Source: Phototrophicaceae bacterium (GTDB lineage Bacteria > Chloroflexota > Anaerolineae > Aggregatilineales > Phototrophicaceae). Taken from it: DNA of 64,000 nucleotides. Numbering within the stretch: the stretch's first letter is position 1; every line of letters begins with the position of its first letter. The stretch covers positions 207,321-271,320 of the forward strand of contig OZ253492.1 in NCBI GenBank assembly GCA_965262005.1. Reading direction: 5' to 3'. Below the pieces are notes generated by a model, which did not search any database, had not been told where the DNA came from, and saw only the letters and a program-made list of their open reading frames with translations. The position numbers and the translations under genes are program-made. This document shows, one piece after another, positions 28,105-37,102 of this stretch.

Positions 28105-28113
28105 GCATACCTC

Positions 28114-29646
28114 CTATTCATTGAGTAGTTCATTCAATTGTCGGCGTAAGTAGCGCTCCGCGTTGATACCCCCTTTCAGTGCCCAGGGACTGTCGCCGGC
28201 CAGATTTGCCGCGTACTGCCAAGCGCCCAGTGCTTCGCGTCGCAGCGTCGCCGCCCATTCACCCATCGCCGTATCACTATCGTCAACCAGCGTCTCGATG
28301 AAGCGCCAGAAAAGCGGCTCCAGCGCGATCCAGTAGCGCTCGCGGGCGCGCCATTGTTTGACCAGTTTGTTGCGATCATTGTTATCCGGTTTGCCATCGG
28401 CCCCGCGCTTTAGCACATACTCCGCCAGCATATTTAAAGCATTACGCAACTTGACTGCGCAGTCCTCAGCTTGTTCGAGCGCTTGCCTGACATCGCTGAC
28501 ATGTTGCTCATTGCGCAGCATACCTAATGGCAAGGGCGTGAGTTCCTGGCGATGAAATATTGTTTTCGCCTTGACCGCCATTAAACCGCTTGCCATTAGT
28601 TGGAGCCGCTTGTTCTCCGGCAAAAATCCCCACTCAAGCAGTCTCGACCACCACCTAATAACCTTGGGCAACTGGTCGTCATCGTTTTGCGGCAACATGC
28701 CATGATAATCACGCCACAGCGCCCTATTGGAATCAAAGCGCAGGATGACAAATTCATCTTCCTTGTCCTTTTGCTTTCGTCGCAAATAACAATTCTGCGG
28801 ACAATAAACTCGATCATGTAACTTCCCGACGGGCGCAATCCTTGTCTCTTTGACTCTTAGTCCATTTCGCGTCTCCAACGGAATCAGCAGGACATGATTT
28901 GTTTGCCAAGTCAGGTAGTCTAGGTAACCAGCAGGCGAGAGCTTGAGCATCTCCTTTCCGACGTTGCGCCCGCCCACTGGATCTTCACGTTCCCATGCCG
29001 GCATGTCACGTGCCGTCGATCGCATCACGCTATCGTGAGGATAGCGAAGGAGATTCAATGCAAGTGTTTCAAACAGATTGTCTCCGCGGGCAAAGAATAC
29101 GACGCCGCGAGACCATATGCTGTCCGCATGATTTGGTGTCTCTTTGCCGCTCTTCCCGCCACCGAGTCGAAAAGCCTGCGCTTGCAGCAATATCCTCGCC
29201 GCCTTTGCCGGGTAAAGCGGTTGGACGTTGTCCGCCGTTTGATGGGTAAAATGGACGCTGTGATTTTGCATTGTCTGGGCAAGATGGCTATAGATGGCGG
29301 CAGTCTTAACACGATCATCAACTACCTGATAAAACGGCCGCATCGGATGAAATAGGTCAAAGCGGTCGTACCACTCGGCAAAATAGCCGTCCAAAGATTT
29401 CATGTCGAATTCGCCTGCTCGCCGCAGCTCACTCCATTCCCGCGCGCTTGCCGGACCGAAGTTCCGATGCAAAATTGCTAGCAGCAATGGCATGATCGCC
29501 GCTGATTGAATCGGCGTCTCGCAAGAGATTTCCCGTATTTCCTGCGTGTTGGCGAACAAGCCACGCAAACTGAAGTCTTTCAATCCGCCCGCGCCTGTAA
29601 TGCAGGGTATCCACTTCTCATCAATGAGGTTAAATGTGACGTTCAC
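28114..29646 (-). CDS. cse1: Cse1 (CasA/Cas8e) large subunit
   Basis: MNVTFNLIDEKWIPC... is the canonical CasA start. 510 aa. The GTG start overlaps the cas3 TGA (GTGA). TAG stop. Confidence 0.9.
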   Translation of the reverse strand: MNVTFNLIDEKWIPCITGAGGLKDFSLRGLFANTQEIREISCETPIQSAAIMPLLLAILHRNFGPASAREWSELRRAGEFDMKSLDGYFAEWYDRFDLFHPMRPFYQVVDDRVKTAAIYSHLAQTMQNHSVHFTHQTADNVQPLYPAKAARILLQAQAFRLGGGKSGKETPNHADSIWSRGVVFFARGDNLFETLALNLLRYPHDSVMRSTARDMPAWEREDPVGGRNVGKEMLKLSPAGYLDYLTWQTNHVLLIPLETRNGLRVKETRIAPVGKLHDRVYCPQNCYLRRKQKDKEDEFVILRFDSNRALWRDYHGMLPQNDDDQLPKVIRWWSRLLEWGFLPENKRLQLMASGLMAVKAKTIFHRQELTPLPLGMLRNEQHVSDVRQALEQAEDCAVKLRNALNMLAEYVLKRGADGKPDNNDRNKLVKQWRARERYWIALEPLFWRFIETLVDDSDTAMGEWAATLRREALGAWQYAANLAGDSPWALKGGINAERYLRRQLNELLNE

Positions 29647-32561
29647 GCGTCCTCCTCTAGAAAGATTTCTAAACCGTATTCTCTCGTCAATCGCAGCGCG
29701 TATTTGCTTTCTGGAACATTGAAGAGCCCATCATCGAATGTCACGACGCGAGCAAATTTCAACTGAGCTTTACTTTTCCACTTTTCGTGTTCACGCAATC
29801 GTTCCAGTCCGTCTTTAACTTCCGCTCTGCGAACAGTCACCTTGTATCTAAGCAACTCGTCAATGTCTTCTTTGCTGGGTACGCGATTGAGTCGACTTTC
29901 CATTTCCCGATTTACGATACATATGATATCCACGCCGGGCTTTATGTCTCGCGTCGAGACATGGTTTTCCAAGTTGTCTTTCAGCCTAAACGAGTTGGAG
30001 TCAATCATTTCTTCGTCCCCCGGCTCGCCAATGACATACTGCGCGCCCCGGAACGTACTGTTCGCAGATCCTAGCTCCATCTTCCCATACGCAGCGCGCA
30101 GCTCCTCGGCGAACTCCAAATGCTCGCAATCCTCGCTGTACACAAAATCCATCACCGCATCAATGTCATCCGGCGTACTCAGCGCGCTCATGTCGCGCAA
30201 TTTTAGCCAGGTCTTCAGCAGGAAAAAGCGCTCGTAAATCACTTCATCAACGCCGAAGCACGGCAGCCCATCATCATTTAGTTCAGGTTCTCGCCAGAGC
30301 AATGTCGGCTTTGTCATATGCAGCGGACGCGCCCCGCGCTGATGCCGCTGTAAACGACCGACACGCTGAATCAGCAGGTCGATCGGCGCCGTTCGGCTGA
30401 TCATCAGGTCAAAGTCGAGGTCAAGGCTCTGCTCGATGATTTGCGTGGCGACCAGAATCGCGCGCTGCGGGCGGTCGCCGTCCTTTCCAAATGCCTCTAG
30501 CACCTCGTTTTCTATGTCGCCGCGCCAAGCGGGAGGATAGCGCGCATGAAACAGCCAAATCACGTCCGCAAGTTCTTCATCACCGCGCAGATGCCGAGCA
30601 ACTTCAATCGACTCGTCAACCGTGTTGCAGACGATGGCGATGCAGCCGCCCGCGGCAGAACGTGTCTTTACCTCGTGTAACAGGCTGTCGAGATCGGCCG
30701 GAATCGCTTCGATATGAACAGTCCGCGTTTCGGGCGGTGGCAAGCGATGCGTCCGTACACTGCCATCCTGCTCCACCACTGTCAGGCGTGGGTAAGGCGT
30801 ATTCAGCGCATTCTCAGAGTCGGTTGCGCCGACGGCTTCCAAGAGCGCTTGGCGATTCTGCCGCGCCAAAGTAGCTGAGAGGAGGATCATTGGCGTCTCC
30901 AGAGTGTGCAGCCAGCTCAACAGGCGCTCGATAATGACATTCATATAGCTGTCGTAACTGTGAATCTCATCAAAGATGACGACTTTGTGGCTCAGCCCGA
31001 ACTGGCGGACGAAGTGATGCCGCGCCTGCAAGACGCTCAACATTGCTTGATCGATGCTACCGACACCGTGGGGCGCCAGTAGCGCGCGCTTGCGGTTCCG
31101 GAACCAGTCCTCCGCAGTGACGCCGCTTTCGTCGCCTTCGCGCTGCGGTCGTTCCTGTATTTGCTGATAGAGTGGTTGCTGATCCGCCTGTCCATGTACC
31201 AGGTGAAGGTTGACGTTTTCGCGTGGGTAGCGCTTCTCCAGGTACTCAACAAAGCGGCCAAACATCTGATTGCTCGTTGCTTGCGTCGGCATGGCGATGT
31301 AGCTGCCGCCCAAGCCGAAGCGGTTGATCAGCATATCAGCGATGTGCAGTGCTAGCTCAGTCTTGCCGCCACCGGTTGGGTACTCGACAAGAACAAGGCG
31401 CGGCGCCTGCCGCAGAGGGCTTAACGCTTCGATGCCCTCGCGTTGCAATTCATTAGGCGCGAACGGGAAGACGCTTTCAAACTCGGCTTCACGGCTGTCT
31501 GGCTTCCAGCCCAGAAATCCGAATCCGCTTAAAGCTTTCAATGCATACTTACGGACGCGCTCCAGATACTCGTGCAGGTCGATGGGGCGCTCTTCGAACG
31601 GAAAATATGTGCTGTCGGAACCAATCCAGTCACAGACTGAAACGAAGCCCGATAGAAAAGCGGCATAGACATTGAAGTCATTGGCAGTCGATGGCAAAGC
31701 GATTTCCGGCACGTCCAAAAGGCCTTTCAGCTCGCAAAGGATCGCGTCTTGGAGTTCCCGCCAGCGCTCTTTGCCGGCCGATGCTTGATCCATTTCGGTG
31801 CTGGTAATCCAATCGCCGTGATGACCGCCGATGACTGCTGCTAATTGACTTGCCTGCATCTTGTTCAGATCTTTTTCCGCCAGCCAGCGAGACAAGATGA
31901 CCGCCGATAGGATGCCATGAGATGTGTCTTTGGAGCGTTCGCGCAGGCGCACGTCCATGTCGCAGAGCGCGTCATACAGATCGAGCGCTTTTTTCTGAAA
32001 GGCCGGCGTCGCCTTGCCGATGTCGTGGGTGGCCGCCAGCAGCGCCATTTGTTGTCGCGCCGCTTCTTGCTCCAAGCCGAGCGTCTTCGCCAACCAGGCT
32101 TTCTGCCCGTCTCCCAGCACCTGCTCCCACATGCAGCAAGCCACCGCCGCCACGTCCAAGAGATGGTAGATCAGCAAATGATAAGTGGTGGTTTCAGCTT
32201 TAGGTTTGCGCTTCGGTTCGCGCTTCGCCCATAGGCGATATACGAGTGACTGATTGTCAGCGCCGGTCTCGAGTCCAAGACCGTACTGCTGCGCTTGACG
32301 CATCACACTGCGCATCAAGCGCAGACGCAGTTCCGGCGGCTCTTCGACCACCACGCCCGAACCCCAACTGCGTATCCAAGGCGCCATCTCCTGAGGCGCT
32401 GACACCTTGACGCTGTAGACAACATAGCCATCGACATCTTTGTGAATGAACTGAGTAGGATGCCAGATGCTTTCAAGCAGGCGATCATAGTGCCGCGGCT
32501 CGAAGCGCAGCACTACGGACACAGGATCGCCCTCGCTGCTCCACACCCCAGGACCGTCCAA
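29643..32561 (-). CDS. cas3: Cas3 HD nuclease/helicase with an in-frame N-terminal WCX-like (WYL-regulator C-terminal) extension
   Basis: HD domain (YHLLIYHLLDVAAVA, HDIGK), Walker A PTGGGKT, DEAH-like VIFDEIH. Residues 1-95 resemble a WYL-protein WCX module. Possible internal ATG starts at 32315 and 32303. Confidence 0.9.
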   Translation of the reverse strand: MDGPGVWSSEGDPVSVVLRFEPRHYDRLLESIWHPTQFIHKDVDGYVVYSVKVSAPQEMAPWIRSWGSGVVVEEPPELRLRLMRSVMRQAQQYGLGLETGADNQSLVYRLWAKREPKRKPKAETTTYHLLIYHLLDVAAVACCMWEQVLGDGQKAWLAKTLGLEQEAARQQMALLAATHDIGKATPAFQKKALDLYDALCDMDVRLRERSKDTSHGILSAVILSRWLAEKDLNKMQASQLAAVIGGHHGDWITSTEMDQASAGKERWRELQDAILCELKGLLDVPEIALPSTANDFNVYAAFLSGFVSVCDWIGSDSTYFPFEERPIDLHEYLERVRKYALKALSGFGFLGWKPDSREAEFESVFPFAPNELQREGIEALSPLRQAPRLVLVEYPTGGGKTELALHIADMLINRFGLGGSYIAMPTQATSNQMFGRFVEYLEKRYPRENVNLHLVHGQADQQPLYQQIQERPQREGDESGVTAEDWFRNRKRALLAPHGVGSIDQAMLSVLQARHHFVRQFGLSHKVVIFDEIHSYDSYMNVIIERLLSWLHTLETPMILLSATLARQNRQALLEAVGATDSENALNTPYPRLTVVEQDGSVRTHRLPPPETRTVHIEAIPADLDSLLHEVKTRSAAGGCIAIVCNTVDESIEVARHLRGDEELADVIWLFHARYPPAWRGDIENEVLEAFGKDGDRPQRAILVATQIIEQSLDLDFDLMISRTAPIDLLIQRVGRLQRHQRGARPLHMTKPTLLWREPELNDDGLPCFGVDEVIYERFFLLKTWLKLRDMSALSTPDDIDAVMDFVYSEDCEHLEFAEELRAAYGKMELGSANSTFRGAQYVIGEPGDEEMIDSNSFRLKDNLENHVSTRDIKPGVDIICIVNREMESRLNRVPSKEDIDELLRYKVTVRRAEVKDGLERLREHEKWKSKAQLKFARVVTFDDGLFNVPESKYALRLTREYGLEIFLEEDA

Positions 32562-33231
32562 AACCTGATTGGAAGCGTACTATATCGGCGATATCGAATC
32601 GCTCGTCAGTGATCTGAATATCTTGAATGCGGTCGAGTTTCAGACTAAGGCTGATGTACACCTCTCCATCGCGGCTGCCATCGCAGAGCACATAGAAGCC
32701 ATCCGACAGGGGATTGCTGACGAAGCGATAGGGGCGAATGCGCCAGCGCGATGGAGCGGCGCGGTTAGGCGGAAGATAGCCCACCCAGACTTCTCGCCGG
32801 CGTCTCTTGGCTTGAACGAGGGTAGTGAAGATGCGCGCCCCTTCTACATTGTCTTGCCCGGAGCGAAGTCGATCCTGTAGCTCACCCGCCAGATGCGGAT
32901 GAAGCTTGATCGCCAGTTTGTTGATGAGGGAACGGACGATCCGGGATTGCGTCGTGTGGGTGGTCAGCGCCCTTTCCAGAGCGAGGAAGAGGAACTCCCC
33001 TTCTTCGCTAGTGAGCTTGAGTTCGACAAAGTAGCTCTCATCAAGGAAATAGCGCTGCCCTTCGAGATAGATGGGGACACCCATGTCTTCAATTAGACGG
33101 ATGTATTTGTGGGCGGTGCTTGCGCCAATATGATATTTCGTGACGATTTCGCCGCGGCTTATACCGTATGGCGAATTTGCCAAGTCCTGAATGATGTCGA
33201 AAATGATGTTGACCGTTTCGCGTAATGCCAT
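32485..33231 (-). CDS. HTH-WYL transcriptional regulator (YafY-like), truncated by a frameshift
   Basis: N-terminal wHTH (ISRGEIVTKYHIGASTAHKYIRLIEDMG) and WYL domain (WRIRPYRFVSNPLSDGFYVLCDGSRDGEVYISLSLKLDRIQDI). The last ~25 residues are out of frame, and the expected continuation lies in the cas3 frame. Confidence 0.8.
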   Translation of the reverse strand: MALRETVNIIFDIIQDLANSPYGISRGEIVTKYHIGASTAHKYIRLIEDMGVPIYLEGQRYFLDESYFVELKLTSEEGEFLFLALERALTTHTTQSRIVRSLINKLAIKLHPHLAGELQDRLRSGQDNVEGARIFTTLVQAKRRRREVWVGYLPPNRAAPSRWRIRPYRFVSNPLSDGFYVLCDGSRDGEVYISLSLKLDRIQDIQITDERFDIADIVRFQSGFGRSWGVEQRGRSCVRSAALRAAAL

Positions 33232-33818
33232 CAGCAGCTTCCTTCTCTAGGCACATCGTAACTGTATCGACGCGCGAACGCGCCTTCTGATGCGCACTTT
33301 CATTCGACACCATGCCCTCTCCTTTGGATTTGGACGGCGCCCAAAAATACGTTCTTCTATAAAGTGGCTGAATCTCTATTGCTCACTCGGCTAAAGGCAT
33401 CGACTCCGAACCGTTCTAAGTTCCGGCGTGGGCATTATCCTCTAGCCCCTTCGAGACGGCACTCTCTTTTTTGCCTAAAAGCCGCAGAAATTCGGGAAAA
33501 TCAGGACACATGTCCGAATGCTGGTTATGGTGTTTATCTTCGGTGGCAGCGTTGCGCAGAATCCGCTTTAGATTCCAATTGTCCGGGTCGCGGCGCTCAA
33601 GGAACGCCAGCGCCGCGCGCCAGTCGTTCTTCTTGATTGCCGCCGAGCGAATGGACTTCACCATGTCGATGCGGAGATTGGCCCCCGCTTTCTGCACCTC
33701 TTTGTATAACGTGAAGTAAAGTTCCCGCTTTTCCTCGTGGCGGCGAAGGTGAACTTGCCCCGATTTTGTAGACAGCGCTGTTGTCCAATAGAATCAGGTA
33801 AGGAAGGCAGGTAGGAGT

Positions 33819-34109
33819 GTGATGGTGAAGTATCCAGACGAGTTGAAGCGTGAGGCGCTGAATTTAGCGGCGAAGCCCGGTAGGACGGTGGCCCAGGTGG
33901 AGCGCGACTTGGGCATTACGCCGGGACTGATCTACAAGTGGCGGCAGCGGTATCGGGTCGATGAGAATAGCGATGAGCTTAAGCCAAGCGCCGAACGAGA
34001 ATCCGAGACCGAGATTCGACGCTTGCAAGGCGAGTTGGCGATCGCACGGGAGGAGCGCGACATTTTAAAAAAAGCTATCCAAGTGTTCTCGCAGGAAAGC
34101 AAATGGTGA
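33819..34109 (+). CDS. IS3 transposase OrfA
   Basis: Protein identical to 3044..3334. A7 slippery run at 34067-34073. Confidence 0.88.
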   Translation: MMVKYPDELKREALNLAAKPGRTVAQVERDLGITPGLIYKWRQRYRVDENSDELKPSAERESETEIRRLQGELAIAREERDILKKAIQVFSQESKW

Positions 34110-34960
34110 AGTACCAATTCATTCTGGAGCATCGGCAGGAGTTCAGCGTGTCGAGGATGTGCCGCGTGTTGGATGTGAGCAAGAGTGGCTTCTTCGCCTG
34201 GTTGAAGCGCGGGAAGAGCCGGCGCGAGCGGGAGGATGCGAGGCTGCTAGCGCGCATCCGGGAAATCTTCGTGGGTAGCGCCCGGACTTATGGCAGTCCG
34301 CGTGTCTGGGCGGAATTGTTGGCGAGAGGCTGGCGGGTAAGCCGTAAGCGGGTAGCGCATTTGATGCGGCTTGCCGGCATGTACGCGATTCGCAAACAAG
34401 GCTATCGAGGCCGGAAGAAATCGGCAGCGTCGACATCGGCGGCGCCCAATATCCTGCAGCAAGATTTCTCGGCCACGGACATCAACCAGAAGTGGCTGGC
34501 GGACATCGCCTACATTGCCACCAAAGAAGGCTGGCTCCATCTCGCTGTGGTCATGGACGCCTTCTCGCGCCGGATTGTCGGCTGGTCTATGAACCGGAGA
34601 GCCAACAGCCAGCTGGCGCAAAATGCACTGCTCATGGCAGTGCAGCAGCGTGAATTGCGCGGTCTGCTAATCCATCATAGCGACCGTGGCAGTCAGTACA
34701 CAGACCAGCGTTACCAGCAGTTGCTGACTGACCGTGGCATACAGCCAAGCATGAGCGACACCGGCAGTTGCTACGACAACGCCATGGCGGAAAGTTTCTT
34801 CGCTACTCTGAAGACCGAGTGCGCGAATCACGTCTTTGACACCATCAACGACGCACGGCGCACTATCGCATACTACATAGAGGCATGGTACAACCGCCGC
34901 AGACTGCATTCATCGCTGGGCTTTGCCAGCCCTATGCAATTCGAAGAGGCAGAGCATTAG
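34103..34960 (+). CDS. IS3 transposase OrfB
   Basis: Protein identical to 3328..4185. Confidence 0.88.
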   Translation: MVKYQFILEHRQEFSVSRMCRVLDVSKSGFFAWLKRGKSRREREDARLLARIREIFVGSARTYGSPRVWAELLARGWRVSRKRVAHLMRLAGMYAIRKQGYRGRKKSAASTSAAPNILQQDFSATDINQKWLADIAYIATKEGWLHLAVVMDAFSRRIVGWSMNRRANSQLAQNALLMAVQQRELRGLLIHHSDRGSQYTDQRYQQLLTDRGIQPSMSDTGSCYDNAMAESFFATLKTECANHVFDTINDARRTIAYYIEAWYNRRRLHSSLGFASPMQFEEAEH

Positions 34961-35446
34961 ACAAATTCAGCGTCCACCAAAACGGGTCAAGACCAAGGCG
35001 CCTGTCGTACTTGCGACGGGATTCGCCCTCTCTGCGAGTTGGCTGCTCAGGGATATCGGGATGCTCAAAGTTGCCCTCGACGAGCGCTCTACCGATTTGC
35101 ATCCAGCGGTAGTACGTTGAGCTTGGAACCTGGGACAGGTGAAGGCATTCTGATAGTGGCAAGCCCGATTTGATGTGCTTCGCTAGCAACGTGATCTTGG
35201 CTCGCTTGAGCGTTAACTTCCGCATCTTCTTCTCCGTAGTCAACTATGACCGGCTGCACACTGTTTGCAGCGGAATCGGCAAAAAATGATACACGCGTAT
35301 TGTAGCCTGCTAGCATTATATATGAGGAAAGCCTTTTCAAATAGCATTGGGCAGTTTTGCCTCGTGCTTCGCTTTTCGGCTCTAGCAAGTACAGTGTTGG
35401 CTCGCACCGTGCATAGCTCATAGCGTTCTGCGGGCGGTATACCCAT

Positions 35447-35794
35447 CTACGGAATAAGGCTTAGTTCTTTGGGGATCTGGCGGATACTCGCCGGCTCTAC
35501 GTCGGCGCACTTTGGCTTTTTGCAGATAGCAAGCAAGATGACTTTGTCTTTGCGACCAAGGTATGCCACACGAAAACCGCCGCGTTTGCCTTCTCTTGTG
35601 CCCGGATTAGAGAGTCGGACTTTGTACACCAAAGCACCAACGCCCTGCAATCTGTCGCCAGGGTGTCTTCCAGCTTGAAGATCGGCAGCTAGTTTCTTTA
35701 CTTGGTTCCGGAGAGTTCGCCTTCTGTGCGCAAGTTTATTGAGCCTGGATATGAATCTGGGCGTGTAGCCTACGTTCGAGTTCATCGTCATCAA
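35447..35794 (-). CDS. RelE/ParE-superfamily toxin-like protein
   Basis: REGKRGGFRVAYLGRKDKVILLAICKK is the same G-K-x-GGFRV signature as 10795..11148. 115 aa. Confidence 0.55.
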   Translation of the reverse strand: MMTMNSNVGYTPRFISRLNKLAHRRRTLRNQVKKLAADLQAGRHPGDRLQGVGALVYKVRLSNPGTREGKRGGFRVAYLGRKDKVILLAICKKPKCADVEPASIRQIPKELSLIP

Positions 35795-36050
35795 GTTCTA
35801 AATCGATCAGCATGTGTGCTTCATCAGCAGGCACCACTTCACCCCGCTTGACTTGCTCCAGACTGACGCGCAGATCTTCCAGGAACTCATTTTGGGCAGC
35901 CGCTTCGACTGAATGGCACTTTGCCTGCTCACGCTGTGTCAGTCCGGAGGGCTTTGGCACTCGCTCTTTACTGGTCGAATCCAGCCCCGCTTTGTTTGAC
36001 TTGCGATTGACCCGTTTCGCTGACGCTGGCATGCAAGTTTCCCTAATCAT
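35736..36050 (-). CDS. putative cognate antitoxin
   Basis: 104-aa ORF immediately upstream of and overlapping the toxin-like gene. Acidic C-terminus LIDLELDDDELERRL. No family recognised. Confidence 0.35.
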   Translation of the reverse strand: MIRETCMPASAKRVNRKSNKAGLDSTSKERVPKPSGLTQREQAKCHSVEAAAQNEFLEDLRVSLEQVKRGEVVPADEAHMLIDLELDDDELERRLHAQIHIQAQ

Positions 36051-36117
36051 TCAATATACATCCAGCTTAACATGTCGGCACTTGATCTGCAACGACATGT
36101 ATGTCGGTCACTAGACG

Positions 36118-36336
36118 TCATGCTTCGGCTTCAATGACAAAGCTGAGAAGTTTACCAGGCAGCTAGAAAAGGGCGATCTCCCCAGAGATGTCGTGTAGAG
36201 AGTCGGCACCGCTGTCTTCAAATTGCAGGTGCGAAACCCAGCTGTGCGAGGGTGGGCACCCAAGGGCTACCTCATCATCGGGACCCTCGACCAACAGCAG
36301 GCGATCACGACTCTCATCGATCTTGATATTCTTCAC
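36118..36336 (-). pseudogene. TOPRIM-like (LLVEGxDD motif) remnant with an in-frame amber codon
   Basis: GTG 36336 overlaps the ATPase TGA (GTGA). VKNIKIDESRDRLLLVEGPDDEVALG... TAG at 36163-36165, then 14 more codons to TGA 36118-36120. Far shorter than OLD/DUF4435/DUF3226-type partners. Confidence 0.45.
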
Positions 36337-37102
36337 CCGCGAACCTCATAGCTGACTCTGGTAACCGCATCCATGCCAAACTCATTGTATGTCACTGCTT
36401 CGATGTTGCCAGTTTGCAGGTTTCGCTCCAAGCGGTGGAAACGGAATTCGTAAGAATCATCGTCCTTGAAGGCTTCGTGGGCTGCCTCGATCATTTCCCA
36501 GCTGTGTGTCGTGGCGAAGACTTGCACGTTGTGCTCGCGCGCGGCTTCGCCGATATCATTCCATACATTCTGTTGAACTGAGTAGTGGATGCCATTCTCT
36601 ATTTCATCGATGAAAAGGTACTCCGGTTTATCACCTCGCATCACCATCAGGATGCTGGCGAAGCGAATTGAACCTTCGCCAAGCAGATGCAAAGGCATCA
36701 GGACGCCGTCGACCTCTACCCAAATCCTCCGCCGACCGTCAGGTGACAAGACTTCCACATCTGTTAGACTCGGTTCAAGCTTCTTCAACGCATCGTCTAT
36801 GGCGATGTGTTGGCCTTCAACTTTAAGCATGCTGTACTTGTCAGTCAGTTCCTCACTGTCTGGTGTGCCCCGTACCGGGGAAAACTGGGACTTCTCCTTT
36901 CTGGCTTTGAGGCGTGTTCCCCGCAAATAGTTATCGGAGTTGGCGGAGTCCCTTCCTCGCTCGCGTACACGCGCGCGAGGAAGGCGCTGTAGCCCTTGCC
37001 AGCTCTGACGTCTTTCCACTGACAGATAATCAGTACAAATTGTCTGTATGTGAGATTAGATGCGCAGGTGCGTGAATAGATCTCGATAGTGGTCCCGTTC
37101 AC
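36333..37102 (-). pseudogene. AAA_21/ABC-type ATPase (AriA/OLD-ATPase-like), frameshifted near the P-loop
   Basis: The C-terminal frame has LLGEGSIRFASIL, Walker B YLFIDEIENGIHYS and the TTHS motif. The N-terminus (GTG 37102, MNGTTIEIYSR...VLII.Q..DVRAGKGYSAFLARV) is in another frame. The switch lies near 36960-36990. Confidence 0.6.

Larger units (their letters stand above)
33750..34995 (+). mobile_element. IS3-family insertion sequence, copy 2
   Basis: Same 1246-bp sequence as 2975..4220, in the same orientation. 3-bp direct repeat AGG at 33747-33749 and 34996-34998. Confidence 0.92.
33416..35243 (-). pseudogene. HTH / phage terminase-small-subunit-like gene split by IS3 copy 2
   Basis: Removing 33750..34995 plus one AGG copy joins 35243..34999 to 33749..33416 in frame. 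The result is 192 aa (...RRKYDRR-LRRHEEKRELYFTLYKEVQKAGANL...). The WRAALAFLERRDPDNW motif resembles terminase small subunits. Confidence 0.7.

Noticed and set aside
23181-33231. Transposon-associated (CAST-like) or otherwise minimal CRISPR system
   Set aside because: The full canonical I-E set including cas3, cas1 and cas2 is present. There are no tnsA/B/C or tniQ-like genes.
2975-34995. Composite IS3 transposon that moved the CRISPR-Cas locus as a unit
   Set aside because: Each IS has its own matching 3-bp duplication (GTT/GTT and AGG/AGG), and the outer flanks do not match each other.
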